From contig JAQGDQ010002127.1 of NCBI GenBank assembly GCA_030141605.1, positions 1 through 14,031 of the forward strand: 14,031 nt of DNA, written 5' to 3'. Origin of the DNA: Tubiluchus corallicola (taxonomy: Eukaryota; Animalia; Priapulida). A program made the position numbers and the translations under genes. Under the pieces are notes generated by a model. That model had not been told where the DNA came from. It did no database searches and was given only the letters and a program-made list of their open reading frames with translations. Positions within the stretch are counted from its first letter, which is position 1, and each line of letters begins with the position of its first letter. Shown here piece by piece: positions 8,560 to 14,031 of this stretch.

Positions 8560-9007
8560 GGGCTAGCTTTAGGGTTATGGTATTTAAATTGTGTGGTGAA
8601 TTGCAAACTCCTTCCAAATCACATGCGTTTTATATTCTTGCTTGTTAGCTAGTTCTATATTAAAGTTGTGCTCAGAAATCATGACACGTGCTGCCACCAT
8701 CAAAGTCCAATCTAAACATGTTGATCACGACCAGGCAGCTTCATAAAAATCAACCACACAGCCGGAAATGAGAAGTTAATTAACTGGGCAGCTGCAATCA
8801 GCAAATCCAGGCCATCAATGGCTTCAATGGCTTCAGTCTTCTGCTAACAATGAGGAGAGAAGAGGGAATAATGAAGAGAGAAAGCTCTGAAAAGGCATTA
8901 CAGCTTCCTGAGTAGGATCTTCACAACGATCAGCAACGAAATTGACTTGTAGTGGACTTCTCGCGCGCCACCTGCTCACTGCTGCGCTGATTAGGGTCTC
9001 TCTTTAA

Positions 9008-9546
9008 AGGAAAACTGGACGGTTGTGTAGACAAAATAAAGTATACTTTAAAATATTGAAAACTACAATCGATTTTTTAAATCAAAGCTTAGATTAAAAA
9101 ATAATTACCTCGGATAGTTAAATTTTGTTAAACTTTCAAAGTTACGCGCGGCTCGGCGAATGTACTAAAACCGGCATGGCACCTTTTTGTCACATTCACT
9201 TAGCCGACAAATAGGCGCTGTACCGTGATAAGCGTGATCATGAACTGCAGTGTTCGTCTGTGACGTCAGTGTGACGTACAGCTCATTTTCGTGACATCAC
9301 ATCGGCGTCTTACAGCAATCTTTATTAACGCAAACGTGCTTGACGTGCAGGGAAGATGCTTACTATTGCACGAACTATGGTTAGTTTGTGACGTGAGCGA
9401 TGGCTGTGTTCAGTAGTCATTAAGTAACTTTGCAAAGAAATCATTCAAATATTAAAAACAACTGTTAACTTTTATAGACAAGAAAATGTATGTTTTAGAC
9501 AGTAAATTAAAATGCGATTGAGTCTAGTCAATCGTCCGGTCTTCCT
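9008..9546. mobile_element. Kolobok-like non-autonomous DNA transposon (MITE), 539 bp
   Basis: TTAA at 9004-9007 and 9547-9550; imperfect TIRs AGGAAAACTGGACGGTTGTGTAGAC and GTCTAGTCAATCGTCCGGTCTTCCT. TTAA with AGG termini fits Kolobok better than piggyBac, which typically starts CCY. Confidence 0.8.
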
Positions 9547-9824
9547 TTAAATCTTTATTTTTCTGAAGTTGAAAGATGAAGAAAGGGAAATTCTAGGGAA
9601 CGTTTCAAAATATTCCATGTAAAATTACATTACTTAGGAGTTAGCAGTACGATGACCTGTTTAAAAAACACGGTAATTAAAAAATAAAATTCTTAATAAC
9701 TTAAAATGTTTGCCATCTGCCAACTGGTAAAACGTCACTGTTTCACAATCCCAGTATGCACCAACAAAAAAACGTCGTCGGCTCACCAAAAAATATTGCC
9801 AAGTTATACTTTAAATATTATACT

Positions 9825-9937
9825 TTATGTTATGTTATGTTATGTTATGTTATGTTATGTTATGTTATGTTATGTTATGTTATGTTATGTTATGTTATGT
9901 TATGTTATGTTATGTTATATAATATTATATTATATTT
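9825..9937. repeat. (TTATG)18 microsatellite with a degenerate (TTATA)n extension
   Basis: Read directly; perfect tract 9825-9914. Confidence 0.97.
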
Positions 9938-10248
9938 TATACTTTTGCTGGGTTAGTGACGTGATTGTTGTTTTTTTGAAATTTTAAGCAGTGTAATCTT
10001 GCAAACGATTATCGTTAAAATGGTTGCACCTAGCGGTCATCACGGGAGCTTTATACACCCGTTACTGCCGACGCAAACTCTGTAAGACAGCAGGAAAGTC
10101 ATGCAATATTTCAAGACGAATTTTTTTAACTTTGCGTTCGAATTCTGTTTTACTGTGAAAAGTGTCTCCCAAAATTCCCAAAAAATTATGCAAAGGCTCG
10201 TAAAAAATAAGTAATTTTCAATGTAAATTGGAAGATTGTGATTGCCAT

Positions 10249-10800
10249 ACTCGACTCGACTTATCAGAGGCGGGCACCTTTATAGGGTGCAAAGTCTATT
10301 CTTCTTTAACGCTGATCTTTTATTTGTCTTTTTCCAGTTTAAGGTCTTTATTTGTCTTTATCCTGTATTCCATGCATTCGTTCACTAGATTTCTAATTTC
10401 TAGCAATCCTTCCTTTTCACTGTTTAATATATCTGAGTTCAAAATTTTTTCCATTCTCCATATTTGTCACATCTAAAAATATGTTCAGTAGTGTCATCAT
10501 CTTCCTCACACACTGGGCATAATAACTGATCCTTAAACTCATTCTTGTAGTTCCCTTTAACTTTAATCATATTCAGTCTTATTTTCAATATATCTTTAAC
10601 CTCTTCTGGCTTGCATGTGTCTATGTAATTTTGTCGTTTCCACTCGGTATGCCTTAAAAATCTTAATTTAGTGCTGCTCCTGCATTTTTCTGCACATTCA
10701 TTCTTTATACAACATTCAATCTTATTCTTTGTTTCTTTCTTCCATTCAGACTTTTTCATGACCTTCACTTTAGATGTCAATTTAGATCTTAATTCAAATG
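10249..10800 (-). mobile_element. 5'-truncated non-LTR retrotransposon: ORF2 C-terminus with CCHC zinc knuckle plus 3' UTR
   Basis: ORF 10439-10858 encodes KIRLNMIKVKGNYKNEFKDQLLCPVCEEDDDTTEHIFRC. A frameshift near 10445 continues ILNSDILNSEKEGLLEIRNLVNECMEYR... to TAA at 10320-10322. A GCACC/GGTGC stem-loop lies at 10274-10290, followed by a short (GTCGA)n tail. Confidence 0.85.
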
Positions 10801-11021
10801 GCAGACCAGACGTAAAGAATCGTTTGTGGTCCACATGTGTTGTCCACACGGTAGACAATCATATTAATTGAAACAACGTTGTAAATAGTACAATTTTATG
10901 TAAGCGGGATTTTGCTAACTGCGTACGCCAACTCAGAAGAGATGATACAAAGGTTTCATGGATACGGCTACGTAGAAAACTTGGCTAAGTAACGGGTAAA
11001 ACGGTTAGTGATGTTCTAAAA

Positions 11022-11630
11022 ACGGTTACACCACTTAGTTTAGTTTAAACATAATTTATTTAGGATTGGGTCAGACAGTTTGAACAACATGATTTAGGAT
11101 CCTCACCACAACAGGCTTTATACACTATTTACAAGAACATTTTACAGTAAGAATAGACTATAACTACACAAGCTGAGAAGTTTTACTACAAGATTACATT
11201 GGACATTAGTAACATTTACAGTAAGAATAGACTATAACTACTCAAGCTGACAAGTTTTACTACAAGAATACATTAGACATTAGTAACATTTACAGTAAGA
11301 ATAGACTATAACTACACAAGCTGACAAGTTTTACTACAAGATTACATTGGACATTAGTAACATTTACAGTAAGAATAGACTATAACTACACAAGCTGACA
11401 AGTTTTACTACAAGACTACATTAGACATTACTAACATTTACAGTAAGAATAGACTATAACTACAAAAGCTGACAAGTTTTACTACAAGAATACATTAGAC
11501 ATTAGTAGAAAATGACGGTTAGAAAATATTAATGTACGAATATTTAAGACTGATGCATTTCATATCAGATAGAAACTACTGGAAGCGTTTAGTACATAAT
11601 ATGAAGTCATGTTACGGTTACACCAGTTAG
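11022..11630 (-). mobile_element. Candidate truncated retroelement insertion bounded by a 17-bp direct repeat
   Basis: ACGGTTACACCA(C/G)TTAG at 11022-11038 and 11614-11630; the minus strand ends with AATAAA and a short (CTAAA)n tail. Confidence 0.55.
11136..11507. repeat. 74-bp tandem repeat, 5 copies
   Basis: AACATTTACAGTAAGAATAGACTATAACTAC... units start at 11136, 11211, 11285, 11359 and 11433. Confidence 0.97.
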
Positions 11631-11939
11631 CGGTCGGTTAAACGGTTACTAATCAACGTATTACTTACAGGTCCTTAGCAGCACTTACCACAGACATTGT
11701 TGATTTGAGACCCCCTCCCCCCTCCCCGTTCCAATTCGTGTTACATACAAACGCACTGGTCTGTTAGCATACATACAATGGTTTCATTAGAACAAGCCAT
11801 CAACGTACATTATACACGTGTATGTTAAGATAAACACAGCTGTTGCACAGCTACGTTCGTGTAAATAGCATTCCTGAAGTGGTTCAACTAACACTGCATT
11901 ACATTCCTTCACAGATTTGCAGCTGTGATTGAAATGATT

Positions 11940-12580
11940 TAATACACTTTATGACAGCATCAAACTTTTGCTCGTGGCGTTTACAAAATAAAATTATTAA
12001 AAAGCAAAAATACATGATATCAGCAGCACGTATCGTGATATGGAAACAGATATATGATCCTAACTCCCTGTCCCAGGCATGTATATGGGCAATTCACATT
12101 CACACTGTTCAGCCAATTCAAAAATTTAAAAAGAAATACAGAGCAATGATTCTCAACTTCCTAATTTCCCACACCTACTGCAGCAGTCATACCTCAATCC
12201 TGGTACAGATTATGCAAAACAAGGCATCATTGATAAATCTTTAAAGCTGATGTCAACATAGCGCAATCTATTATCTTTCTTCCTACCATTTCCACTAACA
12301 CATCCTTCTACCCTTCCTGTGTGATCTAACCTTTCTCCCAGTTCTTTTTTTGTTCACTCATCCATTCTTTTTTATCGGGTTCACATGACAGTGGGCTTAT
12401 ACAAGCCTTTGCTTCTCTAGCCCACTGCAGTACAATTATTCTTTTATGATAACGATAGTGTACGAAACATAACAATTTAATACAGTAGATGTAATAATTT
12501 TGATGTCACTGTGTGCTTAATGTCATTATATTGTACTGAATGTGATAATAATAATAATAAATAAATAAATAAATAAATTA
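11940..12580 (+). mobile_element. Decayed 3' end of a CR1/L2-group LINE
   Basis: ORF 11951-12244 has ISAARIVIWKQI...QKFKKKYRAMIL, resembling the IxYxGxxIWN...FKKKxK C-terminus of CR1/L2 ORF2. The 3' UTR has a CAGTGGGCT/AGCCCACTG stem (12389-12427) and an (AAT)n(AAAT)n tail. Confidence 0.6.
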
Positions 12581-13393
12581 TTAAATATAAAAATGGGCGA
12601 TTAGTAGATTAATCGAGATTACAACTATGTGTAAATAGATATAATCAGCTATTGAACAGCAATTTAGGTAATCGAAAGTCAAATATACGTGTTACACGCT
12701 GACTATAAGGTAGTGTTTTAGCTCAAATACACGAAATTCTTGCATTTCTTCTTCATTATTCTCACCTTACACGCTGCACACAATTGCAAACCACAGTGTT
12801 GCAAACTGTGGCTTTTTATAATGTGTGCAGTTGACATAGTAATGGAGTAGTTAATGAATGTGCGTGTTTATAAAATAGTTTGCTAGTATGAAAATGGCAG
12901 ACAACGACAAAAGCCATGAAGAAGTTTATTAGTTATATTTCGGTGTTACAATGTTTGAAAAATGCGGCTAAAATAGTAAAAAATTACTGTAAAAGATTAA
13001 TTGTGACATTGAAATACAAGAACAAGATTGTAATCAAATTAGAAAATTTCAAAATCGTCCATCACTAATAAATAGTAACGAAAACTGATATTATTGTGTT
13101 ATATTTTGTTACATTGTACTAATATTTTTTTATTAACAGCTGAAAATAAATTAATTCTAATTCTAATTCTTTTGAACATTCTTTTATCCATCACTTCTAT
13201 CCTTACTTTGCACAAATCTTTTTTTAAATTGCCTAAAAACTTTCGGTTTTTTTTATTCTTTTTTTCTCATTATTTGGACGTGTTTACAATGTTGCAAGCA
13301 CCTAACAAGGTTTACTTCTGGTTCTTGCCATTTATTATATGCACGCTGTCGTATAATCATTATTATTAATATCTATTTTTTCCCAGTGTTTCT

Positions 13394-13713
13394 TGAAATG
13401 AAATGCTGTATGACTAAAGTTCACTAAACAGCCTAAGATGTAGCAGCCTACGTATAGCAGCTACGTATAAAAACTACGTAATATCACAATACTGGAACCG
13501 GAATAATACAATTCCACTTTTATCTGAGGCAGAATCAGCAAAAGGGTAGCACGAATAGTCTGTCTGTCTGTCTGTCTCTATTATTAATGAAATGAAATGC
13601 TGTATGACTAAACAGCCTAAGATGTAGCACCTACGTATAAAAACTACGTAATATCACAATACTGAATAAGAACAATAAAATTTGAGGCAGAATCAGAAAA
13701 ACGGCAGCATGAA
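13394..13713. repeat. Imperfect direct duplication (13394-13555 and 13588-13713) separated by (GTCT)5
   Basis: Both copies read TGAAATGAAATGCTGTATGACTAAA...CTACGTATAAAAACTACGTAATATCACAATACTG...TGAGGCAGAATCAG. Confidence 0.9.
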
Positions 13714-14031
13714 ATTGGAAAACCGACGACAGCAATACGCAAGACTATTAAAATAGGAGCAACAAACAAACATTTTCCTCCCATTTGAATTGAAAAGCTT
13801 TCCATTCCGCAAATTTCACAAAACGACAAGTAATTCATGGAAAAGCTGCAAAAGCTGACAGCTTGACAGGCTGGTAAATTGCAATAAGCTTTTCAAGTGT
13901 TCATCCCGCGCCATAATCAGGCAAAAGCTGGCGAGAGTTAGCAATAAATCTGCAATGCGATGATCATAACGTCTAATGCAAGCGAAGTATATTGAAAAGC
14001 AACGAGGATTGATTACATTACGCGCCGGGTT

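Noticed and set aside
8965-8978. CTCF-like motif GCGCCACCTGCTCA
   Set aside because: Single partial match with no supporting evidence.
9706-9987. ORFs with repeated MLCYV
   Set aside because: Translation of the (TTATG)n microsatellite.
12791-12810. Short hairpin CCACAGT/ACTGTGG as a Helitron 3' end or terminator
   Set aside because: No CTRR terminus at the expected distance, and the stem is short enough to occur by chance.

Overview
This is AT-rich, repeat-dense non-coding DNA that looks like an invertebrate animal genome; I see no intact protein-coding gene, no CRISPR array and no prokaryotic system. From left to right: (1) a foldback-type element with long, apparently identical inverted arms (1-604 mirrors 1783-2386; the right arm runs on to ~2757), built from 134-bp subrepeats and carrying a tRNA-derived SINE in its spacer; (2) a second copy of that SINE; (3) three adjacent minisatellites (68 bp, 21/23/26 bp, 46 bp), the first two possibly inside a solo LTR; (4) a perfect 80-bp palindrome; (5) telomere-like degenerate TTAGGG repeats with a ~495-bp minus-strand SINE beside them, made of a full-length 5S rRNA-derived head and an RTE-like body and tail; (6) a TTAA-flanked Kolobok-like MITE; (7) two decayed LINE 3' ends, a TSD-flanked insertion holding a 74-bp array, microsatellites and a local duplication. 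The best candidates for something undescribed are the 5S-headed RTE-type SINE with its one-sided telomere-like array, the long-TIR element, and the E-box/forkhead minisatellite in the putative LTR. All family names come from pattern recognition and memory, not from database searches.
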